NCBI GenBank assembly: GCA_040755455.1
Contig: JBFMAY010000001.1
Span: 135,896 to 199,895, forward strand
DNA from: Thermodesulfobacteriota bacterium
GTDB lineage: Bacteria > Desulfobacterota > Desulfobulbia > Desulfobulbales > SURF-16
Direction of reading: 5' to 3'
Length of the DNA stretch: 64,000 bases
Part shown: piece after piece, positions 52,048 to 61,184 of the stretch
Layout: each line of letters begins with the position of its first letter
How positions within the stretch are numbered: position 1 is the stretch's first letter
Notes under the pieces: generated by a model
Seen by the model: the letters and a program-made list of their open reading frames with translations, nothing else
What the model was told of the DNA's origin: nothing
The model's database searches: none
Made by a program: the position numbers and the translations under genes

Positions 52048-54957
52048 ATGCCTATTAAAAAAAGATTTCTCGTCATCCCCCTGATTATCTTCCTCACCGC
52101 CTATCTGCCGTATCTGCTCTACCGTGAGGTCAAACAGATAACCATCGACGAGTTTGCGGCCCAGCAGATGGTGTATGCCAGACAGGCAGCCAGAACTATT
52201 GAAAATCTCCTGAACCGTTTTGCCAACGAGCTTTCCTATATTGCCAGCATAGACGACATCATCCGCATGGGTCCGGAAGGAGAGGAGCTGATGCGGAAAT
52301 ATTATGCCAAGAACGGGAAGGATATTCTGGCCATTACCCGGGTGGACGGCACGGGACGCATTATCTATACCGAACCTTACAACAGCAAGGCCATCGGCGC
52401 GGATATCTCATCCCAGCCCCATGTTGCCCGGATCATGCAGACCCATGCGCCGGTGATCAGTGACGTGTTCACCGCCGTGCAGGGACATCGCTGTATCGCC
52501 TACCACGTTCCGGTCATGGCGGGTGCTGTCTACGAAGGCAGTATCGCCATTCTGATCCCGTTCAGCCGGATGGCGGATGAGTCTCTGGCCGCAATCAATA
52601 CACGGGAATCCGGGCATATCCTGATGATCGGCAGGGATGGCATAGTGCTCTATGCAGACCATCCGGAACAGATAGGGGAAATGAGCATTGAACTTTACCG
52701 CCAGTCTCCTTCCGCCCTTGCTCTGATCAGGCAGATGATGGAAGGTGGAGAGGGGCGGGCGTCTTTAAGTTTTGCCACGGGCAAGGCGGCCGGCAGGGGA
52801 GAGGTCAGTCATGCCGTCTACAGCCCGATCAGATTCGGCGCAGGGTTTGGGTCCATTGCCGTTGTCACCCCTGAGCAGGAGGTGCTTGCCACCATGCGGG
52901 GCTTCAAGAACAAGTGGTTTCTGCTGCTTGTCGTTTTGGTGGCCGCGACCGTTGTCACTTCCTATTTCATTTTCCGCTCATGGGTGGCTGGCAAGGAGGA
53001 GGAGAAAAGAAGAAGGGCGGAAGAGGCGCTGCGGGAGAGTGAAAGAAACTACCGGGTTCTGGTGGAGAGCGCCAACAGCATCGTCCTCAAATGGGATACC
53101 ACTGGCAATATCACCTATCTCAATCCCTTTGGTCTGCAATTTTTCGGTTTCAGCTGGGAGGAGATTCTCGGCAGAAACGTCATGGGCACCATTGTCCCCG
53201 AGACGGAGAGCACGGGCCGAGATCTCAAGTATATGATAGATGATATTATGGTCAATCCGCTGAAATACAAGAATAATTTCAACCAGAACATGAAAAAATC
53301 CGGCGAACGGGTCTGGATATCATGGACCAATGAGCCCATTGTCGACGCGGGTGGCAATTTTATTGAGATCCAGAGTATCGGCAATGACCTGACCGCCCTG
53401 AAAAATGCGGAAGCAGCCATCAAGGAGAGTGAACGGAAGTACAAGATGGTGGCTGACGCCACCTCGGACATTATTTACGAATATCAGGTGAGTGAAGAGC
53501 GGTTGACCTATGTTTCGCCCAACTGCGGGGATATTCTCGGCTATGACGCCGATGAACTGATGGGGCGCCAGGGCTTTCTTGAAACGGTTGTCTGCCCGGA
53601 AGACGTGCAGACCGTTCACAAAAAGAGGCAGCAGGCCTTTAAGGATAATAAGGCCAAGATGGCACTGGAATATGGCGTGGTCTGCAGGGACGGCGGCAGG
53701 AAATTCGTGGCCGACCACAGTACCCTGCAGCGCGATGAGAGCGGCAGGGTGGTCAGCATGACCGGGTCCATCAAGGATATCTCCAATCAGAAGGAATTAG
53801 AGGAGAAGCTGCACCGGGCGGAGAAGATGGAGGCCATCGGCACCCTGGCCGGAGGTGTGGCCCATGATCTCAATAACATCCTTTCCGGCCTGGTCAGTTT
53901 CCCCGATCTGTTGCTGATGAGTCTGCCGGCGGACAGCCCGCTCAGGAAGACGGCCCTGACCATCAAAAAATCCGGGGAAAAGGCGGCGGCAATTGTCAAT
54001 GACCTGCTGACCCTGGCCCGCAGGGGTGTTCCGGTTACCGAAATAATCAACCTCAATGTCATAATCAATGAATTCATCCAGTCTCCGGAGTTCGAGACCC
54101 TGCAGGCCCTGCATGGGCATGTCCGGCTTGAGCTGCAGCTTGACAGGGAGCTGCTCAATATTGCCGGCTCTCCGGTCCATCTGACCAAAACCATTATGAA
54201 TCTGGTGGCCAATGCCTTTGAGTCCATGCCCGGCGGCGGGGAAATCCGCATCATCACCGAGAACAGATATGTGGACAAGCCGGTGCTGGGCTATGATGAC
54301 GTGCAGGAAGGTGATTATGTGACCGTTACCGTCTCGGATACCGGTCATGGCATAACCCCCGAGGACCGGGAAAGGATTTTCGAGCCCTTCTATACGAAAA
54401 AGGTCATGGGCCGCAGCGGAACAGGGCTCGGGCTGGCGGTGGTGTGGGGCACGGTGAAGGATCACCATGGTTATATCGATGTTCGGTCAAGCCAGGGAAA
54501 GGGGGCGAGCTTTATCCTCTATTTCCCCGTGTCCCGCGAGCTTTTGCAGAACAAGGTGGAGGAGATGTTCACCGTTGAGCAATACCGGGGCACAGGCGAG
54601 TCGATACTGGTCGTCGATGATGTGAGCGAGCAGAGGGAGCTTGCCACGCAGATGCTGGCCCATATGGGATATCGGGTGGAATCGGCGGCCAGCGGTGAAG
54701 AGGCGGTTGCCCTGCTGGCCGGTAGGGAGTTCGACCTGCTGGTGCTGGATATGATCATGACGCCCGGCATGGATGGCCTTGACACCTATAAGGCGGTGCT
54801 GGGCGTCAGACCCCAGCAGAAGGCCATCATCGCCAGCGGTTACTCGGAAACGGAGCGGGTGCATGAGGCGCAGGTGCTGGGCGCCGGCCAGTACCTGCGA
54901 AAGCCTTACACCCTGGAGAAACTGGTCCGGGCTGTACGGGGCGAGCTGCGCCGGTGA
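52048..54957 (+). CDS. Hybrid sensor histidine kinase (Cache, PAS x2, HisKA, HATPase, REC)
   Basis: A periplasmic Cache-like domain lies between two TM segments. H-box 'GGVAHDLNNILSG'. HATPase 'DTGHGI' and 'GTGLGLAVVWG'. REC 'ILVVDDVSEQRE...LLVLDMIMTPGMDG'. Confidence 0.92.
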   Translation: MPIKKRFLVIPLIIFLTAYLPYLLYREVKQITIDEFAAQQMVYARQAARTIENLLNRFANELSYIASIDDIIRMGPEGEELMRKYYAKNGKDILAITRVDGTGRIIYTEPYNSKAIGADISSQPHVARIMQTHAPVISDVFTAVQGHRCIAYHVPVMAGAVYEGSIAILIPFSRMADESLAAINTRESGHILMIGRDGIVLYADHPEQIGEMSIELYRQSPSALALIRQMMEGGEGRASLSFATGKAAGRGEVSHAVYSPIRFGAGFGSIAVVTPEQEVLATMRGFKNKWFLLLVVLVAATVVTSYFIFRSWVAGKEEEKRRRAEEALRESERNYRVLVESANSIVLKWDTTGNITYLNPFGLQFFGFSWEEILGRNVMGTIVPETESTGRDLKYMIDDIMVNPLKYKNNFNQNMKKSGERVWISWTNEPIVDAGGNFIEIQSIGNDLTALKNAEAAIKESERKYKMVADATSDIIYEYQVSEERLTYVSPNCGDILGYDADELMGRQGFLETVVCPEDVQTVHKKRQQAFKDNKAKMALEYGVVCRDGGRKFVADHSTLQRDESGRVVSMTGSIKDISNQKELEEKLHRAEKMEAIGTLAGGVAHDLNNILSGLVSFPDLLLMSLPADSPLRKTALTIKKSGEKAAAIVNDLLTLARRGVPVTEIINLNVIINEFIQSPEFETLQALHGHVRLELQLDRELLNIAGSPVHLTKTIMNLVANAFESMPGGGEIRIITENRYVDKPVLGYDDVQEGDYVTVTVSDTGHGITPEDRERIFEPFYTKKVMGRSGTGLGLAVVWGTVKDHHGYIDVRSSQGKGASFILYFPVSRELLQNKVEEMFTVEQYRGTGESILVVDDVSEQRELATQMLAHMGYRVESAASGEEAVALLAGREFDLLVLDMIMTPGMDGLDTYKAVLGVRPQQKAIIASGYSETERVHEAQVLGAGQYLRKPYTLEKLVRAVRGELRR

Positions 54958-55001
54958 GCGTGAATGCCTGAACTCTCTTTCACGGCTGGGGCGGCGCGCG
55001 G

Positions 55002-56270
55002 CTATTCCAGCTGCCGGGCCAGCCGCGCACCCTCCTCCTCGTTGACCAGGCAGAGAAGAGCCGCCCCGCAGACAAACAGGCCGATAATGGCCAGCAGGGA
55101 AAGCCGGGGACTGCCGGTGAGCATGCCGACCAGGCCCATGAGCAGCGGGCCGATCACAGCGGCAAACTTGCCGAGCATGTTGTAGAAGCCGAAAAATTCC
55201 GCTGACTTGTCAACAGGAATCAGCCGGGAGTAAAGCGACCGGCTGAGGGACTGCACCCCGCCCTGCACCAGGCCGATGGCCACGGCCAGCAGATAGAATT
55301 CGTTGATCGTCTCCATGAACATGGCCCATACCGTCACCAGCACGTAGATGCCGATGCCCAGCAGGATAGCCTTTTTGGTCCCCATCTTTTCCCCCAGCCG
55401 GCCGAATACCAGGGCGGCTGGAAAGCCGACAAACTGGGTGATGAGCAGGGCGACAATCAGGCCGCTGGAAGCAAAACCAAGGGCCAGGCCGTAATCAACC
55501 GCCATGCGGATAATGGTGTCAAGCGCGTCAATATACAGCCAGTAGCCGGCCAGAAAGAGCAGGACCACCCGCAGCCTGCGTATTTCTTTAAACGTGGTGA
55601 AAAGCTGCCGGAAGCCGGCGGCCACCATGCCCTGCCGCACCGGCCGGGCAGGTGAGGCGGGTTCCTGCACCCACAGCAGGATCGGCAGGGAAAAGACGGC
55701 CCACCAGGCGGCCACGGTGAGAAAGGAGACACGTACCGCCGCACCGGCATCGGCAAGTCCGAAGAGGGAAGGCCTGAGGGTCATGACCACATTGCCGGCA
55801 AACAGCAGTCCGCCGCCCAGATAGCCCAGGGCGAAACCCAGGGCTGACACCCGGTCGGAGCTGGCCGGAGAGGCCACACTGACCAGCAGGGAGTCGTAAA
55901 AGATATTGCCCCCGGAAAAACCGATAATGCCGAAGATATAGAGCAGGGAGGCCATGAGCCAGGCCCCCTGGGGGGCGGTGTACAGGCCGGCGCTCATCAT
56001 GACGCCGAGCATGGCGAAAAAAAACAGGAATTTCTTTTTTGCCCCGGCCTGATCGGCCATGGCGCCGAGCAGCGGGGCGAGAAAGATGACCACCAGGCTG
56101 CCGGTGGAATTGGCCAGCCCCAGGCGGAAGGTGCTGGTGGAGGCCTCGACCCCGCTGCACCAGTACTGCTTGAAGAAGATGGGGAAGAACCCCGCCATGA
56201 TGCTGGTGGCAAAGGCGGAGTTGGCCCAGTCATAGAAGGCCCAGGCAAGAGTCGGTTTGTCGATTTTCAT
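55002..56270 (-). CDS. MFS transporter (UMF1/Atg22-like family)
   Basis: 'LAWAFYDWANSAFATSIMAGFFPIFF' is the characteristic N-terminus of this family. There are ~12 hydrophobic helices. Confidence 0.85.
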   Translation of the reverse strand: MKIDKPTLAWAFYDWANSAFATSIMAGFFPIFFKQYWCSGVEASTSTFRLGLANSTGSLVVIFLAPLLGAMADQAGAKKKFLFFFAMLGVMMSAGLYTAPQGAWLMASLLYIFGIIGFSGGNIFYDSLLVSVASPASSDRVSALGFALGYLGGGLLFAGNVVMTLRPSLFGLADAGAAVRVSFLTVAAWWAVFSLPILLWVQEPASPARPVRQGMVAAGFRQLFTTFKEIRRLRVVLLFLAGYWLYIDALDTIIRMAVDYGLALGFASSGLIVALLITQFVGFPAALVFGRLGEKMGTKKAILLGIGIYVLVTVWAMFMETINEFYLLAVAIGLVQGGVQSLSRSLYSRLIPVDKSAEFFGFYNMLGKFAAVIGPLLMGLVGMLTGSPRLSLLAIIGLFVCGAALLCLVNEEEGARLARQLE

Positions 56271-56328
56271 GTCCGGGGTCTCATGTTTTCGCGGACCTCA
56301 GCCATTTCCGGACGGCAGGGCTGGCAAG

Positions 56329-57099
56329 TCACTTTTGCCTTGCCGCCAGGCATTCGAGAATACGGGCGGGGAAATCCGTCACCAGGCCTTTGGCATGGCG
56401 TTCCATGGCCAGTTCGGCGTCCTGTGGCGTATTGATGGTGTACACCCCGGCAAAGATGCCATGGCTGGCGATATCAGCCGCCCGCGCAGGGGTCAGCTGT
56501 CTGAGGGAACAGACAAAGGCCTGGCAGCCGGTGGCCTGCAGCACAAGCGAGGGCAGCCTGTTGTCGCCGGGCGGCAGCAGGGCGGCGGTATGAAATCCCT
56601 GCGGCAGCGAGTTCAGGTACCGCAGGGAGTCATGATGAAAGGAAGAGAAAAGGGTGAATGGTGCCATCTCAGCGGCTGTGGTCGCCGCCGCAATGAGGTT
56701 GATGCGTTTTTGCCAGTCTTCACCCGCGGCCGGCGGTTTGATCTCAACATTGATGCACGCCTTGCCCCTGATCAACTGGAAAACCTCGTCAAGCAGGGGA
56801 ATTTTTTCGCCGCGGAAACGCTCGTCAAACCAGGAGCCGGCATCGAGTTTTTTCAGCTCCGCGGAGGAGCAGCGGTTGATCGCGCCATGGCCGTTGGTGG
56901 TTCTCTCCAGGGTGGCGTCGTGGAAGACGACGATCTGCTCATCGGTTGTGATCTGCACATCGATCTCAAGCATCTGGGCCCCGGCCTCCAGGGCGAGACC
57001 TATGGCGGTTAGGGTGTTTTCCGGCGCCGTGCCGGAGGCGCCGCGATGGGCAACGACAAGATGAGGACTGGAGGTGACGAGATCGTGCAGTGATTTCAT
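56329..57099 (-). CDS. Glycerophosphodiester phosphodiesterase (UgpQ/GlpQ family)
   Basis: 'VVAHRGASGTAPENTL' and 'LEIDVQITTDEQIVVFHDATLERTTNG' are GDPD catalytic motifs. Confidence 0.9.
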   Translation of the reverse strand: MKSLHDLVTSSPHLVVAHRGASGTAPENTLTAIGLALEAGAQMLEIDVQITTDEQIVVFHDATLERTTNGHGAINRCSSAELKKLDAGSWFDERFRGEKIPLLDEVFQLIRGKACINVEIKPPAAGEDWQKRINLIAAATTAAEMAPFTLFSSFHHDSLRYLNSLPQGFHTAALLPPGDNRLPSLVLQATGCQAFVCSLRQLTPARAADIASHGIFAGVYTINTPQDAELAMERHAKGLVTDFPARILECLAARQK

Positions 57100-57224
57100 G
57101 GCGTAAGTTTTTCAATTTGTGGAAGGTTTAATTTTTTGATGCCGTGTGCGGGCGGGCATGACGCACCCATTGCTCGTGCGATACACAGGGCAACCATGCC
57201 CCTGCCGGGGCGCCTGGGTTTGTC

Positions 57225-58079
57225 CTATGAGCCATCAGCCATGTCCCCCCTGCCTTTCCGTCTTTTCACTTCTTTGTCCAGAAAATCCTCCAGGCCCGTT
57301 ACATATCTGCCGGCGGAAAGGAGGAAACCCGCATTGTGGTTGCCGTTGATCGGTAGAAATGTTTTCGGCTCACGGGCCGCGGCAAAGAGGCGGCGGCCGT
57401 GGCTGAAGGGGACGATGTCATCCTCGGTGCTGTGAATGATGAGCAGCGGGCAGCTGATTTTTCTCACCGCCGCCTCGGTGTCGTAATGAAACCGGCAGAG
57501 CAGGCGGCCCGGGAAAAACGGGTACATGTCAGCGGCCATGTCCCTGGCCGACGTAAAGGCGGATTCGACAATACAGGCCCGCGGCTCTCTTGTGCCGCAC
57601 AGCCAGGCGGCTATCGCTCCGCCCAGGGAACGGCCGAACACGATGATCTGCGCCGGTTGGATGTTTTCCTGGGTAACCAGGTAGTCCCAGGCCGCCTCGA
57701 CATCGAGGTAGGTGCCGGCTTCGGAGGGTGTTCCCTCGCTCTGTCCGTACCCCCGGTAATCGAAAATAAAGGTGGAATAACCCAGCCGGTGGAAGATGTC
57801 AATGGTCTCCAGCCGGTGGGAGATGTTGCCGGCATTGCCGTGGCAGAAGAGGATAACTCCTTTGGCCGCCTCGGCCGGAATGAACCAGGCGTGGAGCTTC
57901 ACCTGGTCGGCGGTGGTAAAGGTGACGGACCGGTACGCGAGGTTCAGTTTTTCAGGGGTTGAGAAAAGGGTGCGCTCCGGAAAATAGATGAAGCGGGACT
58001 GGTTGACGAGCAGCGTTGCCCCGAAACAGACATAGATCCCGGCCAGGAGAAGCGCCAGCGACAGTGCGGTCTGTGACAT
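57225..58079 (-). CDS. Alpha/beta hydrolase with an N-terminal membrane anchor
   Basis: Nucleophile elbow 'GRSLGGAIA', 'LFCHGNAGN' and a C-terminal 'DDIVPFSHG'. The gene starts 12 nt after the upstream kinase stop. Confidence 0.85.
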   Translation of the reverse strand: MSQTALSLALLLAGIYVCFGATLLVNQSRFIYFPERTLFSTPEKLNLAYRSVTFTTADQVKLHAWFIPAEAAKGVILFCHGNAGNISHRLETIDIFHRLGYSTFIFDYRGYGQSEGTPSEAGTYLDVEAAWDYLVTQENIQPAQIIVFGRSLGGAIAAWLCGTREPRACIVESAFTSARDMAADMYPFFPGRLLCRFHYDTEAAVRKISCPLLIIHSTEDDIVPFSHGRRLFAAAREPKTFLPINGNHNAGFLLSAGRYVTGLEDFLDKEVKRRKGRGDMADGS

Positions 58080-58091
58080 TTTTTTGCCTGC

Positions 58092-59924
58092 CTATCCCCT
58101 TGGCTCTCCGCTTTTCAGCTTCTGCTGCCAATACTGTTTGATGGACTGTCCCATGCCGCCCACGCTGGCATTGACCGCCTTGCGCAGTTCCTCGTCCATA
58201 TTCAGCGGGGTGAACTTGGCGGTGCCCGATGCCGGCGGCCCGGCGGCGGTGCCGGTTTCCATGTCAACGGCCCGCACGGTGAAGGAAACGGTGGTCAAGG
58301 TCTGCGACCGGCCGTAATACTGCAAAGGCATGGAACCGGTCTGCTGGATCTGGGAGATGAGGACAATATTGGCCGATTGGCTGGGCACCAGTCGTTGGAT
58401 ATCATACCAGGAGATGGGCAGGCTGCCCATCTGCATTTTTTCCATGAGCACCGGGATCTCAGCTACGGAGGTGACATGCAGGCCGCTGTTCGCCAGGGCC
58501 GCCTCGATGTGGTTCTGCACAAAGGGAGCCAGGGTCTCGTCGCCGGAGACAATGGTCAGCACCACAGGGATGGCGGGCAGCGCCGCCTGTTTCTGCACCT
58601 TGGCGGTGCGGGCCGGCGGCGCGGCGGCGGGTGCCGGAGGGGGGGCGATGGCTGGGGCGGTTTCTCTCTCCTGACGGGTGGGTTGTCCCGCCGCGGGCGC
58701 GGTTGCCGGTTCAGGGGCCGGGGTGGTGGCCGGCGGCGTTACCGGGGGTGGCGCCTGGGCGGTTACCGCCGGAGCTTCAGGGGCCGGCGTGGTCACGGTT
58801 GCCGGCAGGGCCGGGGGCTGTTGCCCTGCGTTGCTTTTTTCCTCAACCGTCATTTCCTGCCCGGCAGGCACAACGGTCTGTTCGGCTGTTTTTTCCTTTT
58901 TCACCCGGTGGAGCAGGGCGTCCACCGTCCACATGGACAGCAGGACGGCGATGATGATGCCGGCAGCCATGGCCAGCATCTTGGTGCGTCCGCCCTTTTC
59001 CTTTTCTTCAGGCAGGGGCGGCGGTGGCGGCGGCGCCGAGACGGGCCGGGCCGCCGGGATTCTGCCGGTGATAGGCGGCTCAATATGCAGCTGCCCCATG
59101 CAGGAAACAATGGCATCCATCACCTCTCCCGGTGTCTGGAAGCGCTGGTTGATGTCCTTGGCCGTCATTTTGTCGATCAGCTCACAGACCGGCCTGGGCA
59201 GGGAGGGATTGACCGTGGCGATGGGCCGGCTGGGCTCGGTGATGATTTTCGCCACCACGGCCAGCGGCGATTCGCCGGTAACGGGCGGTTCGCCGGACAA
59301 CATTTTATAGAGGAGCGCCCCCAGGGAATACAGGTCGCTGCGGATATCAAGCTTGGCGCCGCTGGCCTGTTCCGGGGAGGAGTATTCCGGGGTCCCCATG
59401 TACAGCCCGGTCTGGGTGAGTTTGGCATCGGCATCCTGAAAGCAGGCAATGCCGTAATCGGTGATCTTGATCCTGCCCACGGAGTCGATCATGATATTGG
59501 ATGGTTTCAGGTCCCGGTGCACCACGCCCTTGGCCGCCGCCTCCTCAAGGGCGTCGGCGATCTGCAGGGCGATGGGCAGGGCCTCCTCCAGGGGGATGGA
59601 TTTCTTTTCCTTGAGAATCTGGCCAAGGTCCGTGCCCTTGACATATTCCATGGCAAAATAGTAGAGCCCGTTTTCCTCGCCATAGGAGAGGATATTGACG
59701 ATATGCGGATGGGTGAGGGCGGCAACAACCTTGGCCTCTCTTTTGAACCGTTTGATGAATTCCTCATCGCCGGACAGCCTTTCAGAGAGAATTTTCAAGG
59801 CAACCATTCTGTTCAGTGAAAGTTCATGGGCCTTATACACAACACCCATGCCGCCCCTGCCCAGTTCCTTTTCCAGCTGGAATCCGCCAATTATGCTGCC
59901 GGTTTCGATCTGATTGAGCTTCAT
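58092..59924 (-). CDS. Transmembrane Ser/Thr protein kinase with a Pro/Ala-rich linker and a ~180-aa extracytoplasmic C-terminal domain
   Basis: Hanks kinase motifs: 'GRGGMGVVYKA', 'VALK', 'HRDLKPSNIM', 'DYGIA', 'GTPEYSSPEQ'. TM segment 'MLAMAAGIIIAVLLSMW'. Confidence 0.92.
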   Translation of the reverse strand: MKLNQIETGSIIGGFQLEKELGRGGMGVVYKAHELSLNRMVALKILSERLSGDEEFIKRFKREAKVVAALTHPHIVNILSYGEENGLYYFAMEYVKGTDLGQILKEKKSIPLEEALPIALQIADALEEAAAKGVVHRDLKPSNIMIDSVGRIKITDYGIACFQDADAKLTQTGLYMGTPEYSSPEQASGAKLDIRSDLYSLGALLYKMLSGEPPVTGESPLAVVAKIITEPSRPIATVNPSLPRPVCELIDKMTAKDINQRFQTPGEVMDAIVSCMGQLHIEPPITGRIPAARPVSAPPPPPPLPEEKEKGGRTKMLAMAAGIIIAVLLSMWTVDALLHRVKKEKTAEQTVVPAGQEMTVEEKSNAGQQPPALPATVTTPAPEAPAVTAQAPPPVTPPATTPAPEPATAPAAGQPTRQERETAPAIAPPPAPAAAPPARTAKVQKQAALPAIPVVLTIVSGDETLAPFVQNHIEAALANSGLHVTSVAEIPVLMEKMQMGSLPISWYDIQRLVPSQSANIVLISQIQQTGSMPLQYYGRSQTLTTVSFTVRAVDMETGTAAGPPASGTAKFTPLNMDEELRKAVNASVGGMGQSIKQYWQQKLKSGEPRG

Positions 59925-60117
59925 TTGCCGTTCCCTTTAGGTAGAAGATATCCGAACAACCGCATCGCATCAGAAAAAAATTATAACAGAATTTGCTGGT
60001 AAAATCCTTTACAAATGAAGCAAATTAATAGAAAAATAAAGCGAAATGATTTATTAATTCCGAGGTGCTTTTTGGAGTGATGTTTTTTCTTCTTTTATCT
60101 CAGGAGGTGGCCGGATT

Positions 60118-61131
60118 ATGAAAATGCAGCTCAGTTTGGCAGTGTGTCTTGTTTTTCTTGCTTCGATGCTTTCGCTTGCCGGTTGCGTGACTCCCGGCAC
60201 CAATGCCACGGTGACATCCGGACAGGGCGGTCCGGACATAGCCCAGGCCCAGGCCCAGGCCTATAATGGCCCGCAGGCCAGGATCGCCGTGGCCCGCTTC
60301 ACGGACAAGACCGGCAAAGGCTGGTGGACCGGAGGTATCGGCGACGGCATGGCTGATCAGCTGACCACCGCCCTGTTCAACACCAACCGCTATATTGTCT
60401 TGGAGCGCCAGGCCCTTGACGATGTCCTTACCGAACAGGACCTGGGGGCCTCGGGCAGGGTGCGGGCGGACACCGCCGCCGAGATCGGCCAGATTGAGGG
60501 GGCGGAATTGATGGTCGTTGCCGCGGTCACCGAGTTTGAGGGCGCCGCATCCGGGGCCAGCGGCGGACTGGGCGGCGGCGCAGCCGGGGTGATCGGCGGT
60601 CTGTTGGGCGGCTTTCAGAAGGCCCATATGGCCATCGACATGCGCATCATTGATGCGAAAACCTCCCGGGTGCTTGCCGCAACCAGTGTTGAAGGCGAGG
60701 CCACTGATGTCAATCTCGGCGGTCTGCTGGGCGGCTATGGCAGCTCCGGCGCCCTGGTCGGCGGTCTGTCCGGCTGGAAGAACACCCCGACGGAAAAGGC
60801 CCTGAGGATCTGCATCCAGAAGGCCGTGGATTTCATCGTCAGCAAAACCCCGCAGTCCTATTATCATTACGGCGCGCAGCCGGTTGCCGCTCCTGCCCCG
60901 GCCTCATCCTATCAGGCCCCGGCCGGCGCAACATCCGGCGAGGCGGTTATTGTCGTGCCTGAAACCTTGAATGTCCGCAGCGGTCCGGGGGAAAATTTCT
61001 CCGTGGTCTTCTCCGCCCGGGGAGGCGACCGGTTTTCCGTTCTGGAAAAGCAGGACAAGTGGCTCAGGGTCAGAGCCCAGGACGGCCGTGAAGGATGGGC
61101 CGCCGGCTGGCTGACCTCGCCGGTCCGTTAA
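60118..61131 (+). CDS. CsgG-family lipoprotein fused to a C-terminal bacterial SH3 domain
   Basis: AGGAGG SD and lipobox 'MLSLAGC'. CsgG-like 'RIAVARFTDKTGKGWWTGGIGDGMADQLTTALFNTNRYIVLERQALDDVLTEQDL' plus a Gly-rich hairpin region. SH3_3-like 'LNVRSGPGENFSVVFSARGGDRFSVLEKQDKWLRVRAQDGREGW'. Confidence 0.85.
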   Translation: MKMQLSLAVCLVFLASMLSLAGCVTPGTNATVTSGQGGPDIAQAQAQAYNGPQARIAVARFTDKTGKGWWTGGIGDGMADQLTTALFNTNRYIVLERQALDDVLTEQDLGASGRVRADTAAEIGQIEGAELMVVAAVTEFEGAASGASGGLGGGAAGVIGGLLGGFQKAHMAIDMRIIDAKTSRVLAATSVEGEATDVNLGGLLGGYGSSGALVGGLSGWKNTPTEKALRICIQKAVDFIVSKTPQSYYHYGAQPVAAPAPASSYQAPAGATSGEAVIVVPETLNVRSGPGENFSVVFSARGGDRFSVLEKQDKWLRVRAQDGREGWAAGWLTSPVR

Positions 61132-61184
61132 GCAGCCGCGGGTCACAACCTGCGCATGAGCAAAATGAGGGGACTGGAGGTTGC

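Noticed and set aside
58377-59819. 480-aa plus-strand ORF
   Set aside because: It is antisense to the Ser/Thr kinase, which has complete Hanks motifs. The product is Arg/Gly-rich with long low-complexity runs.
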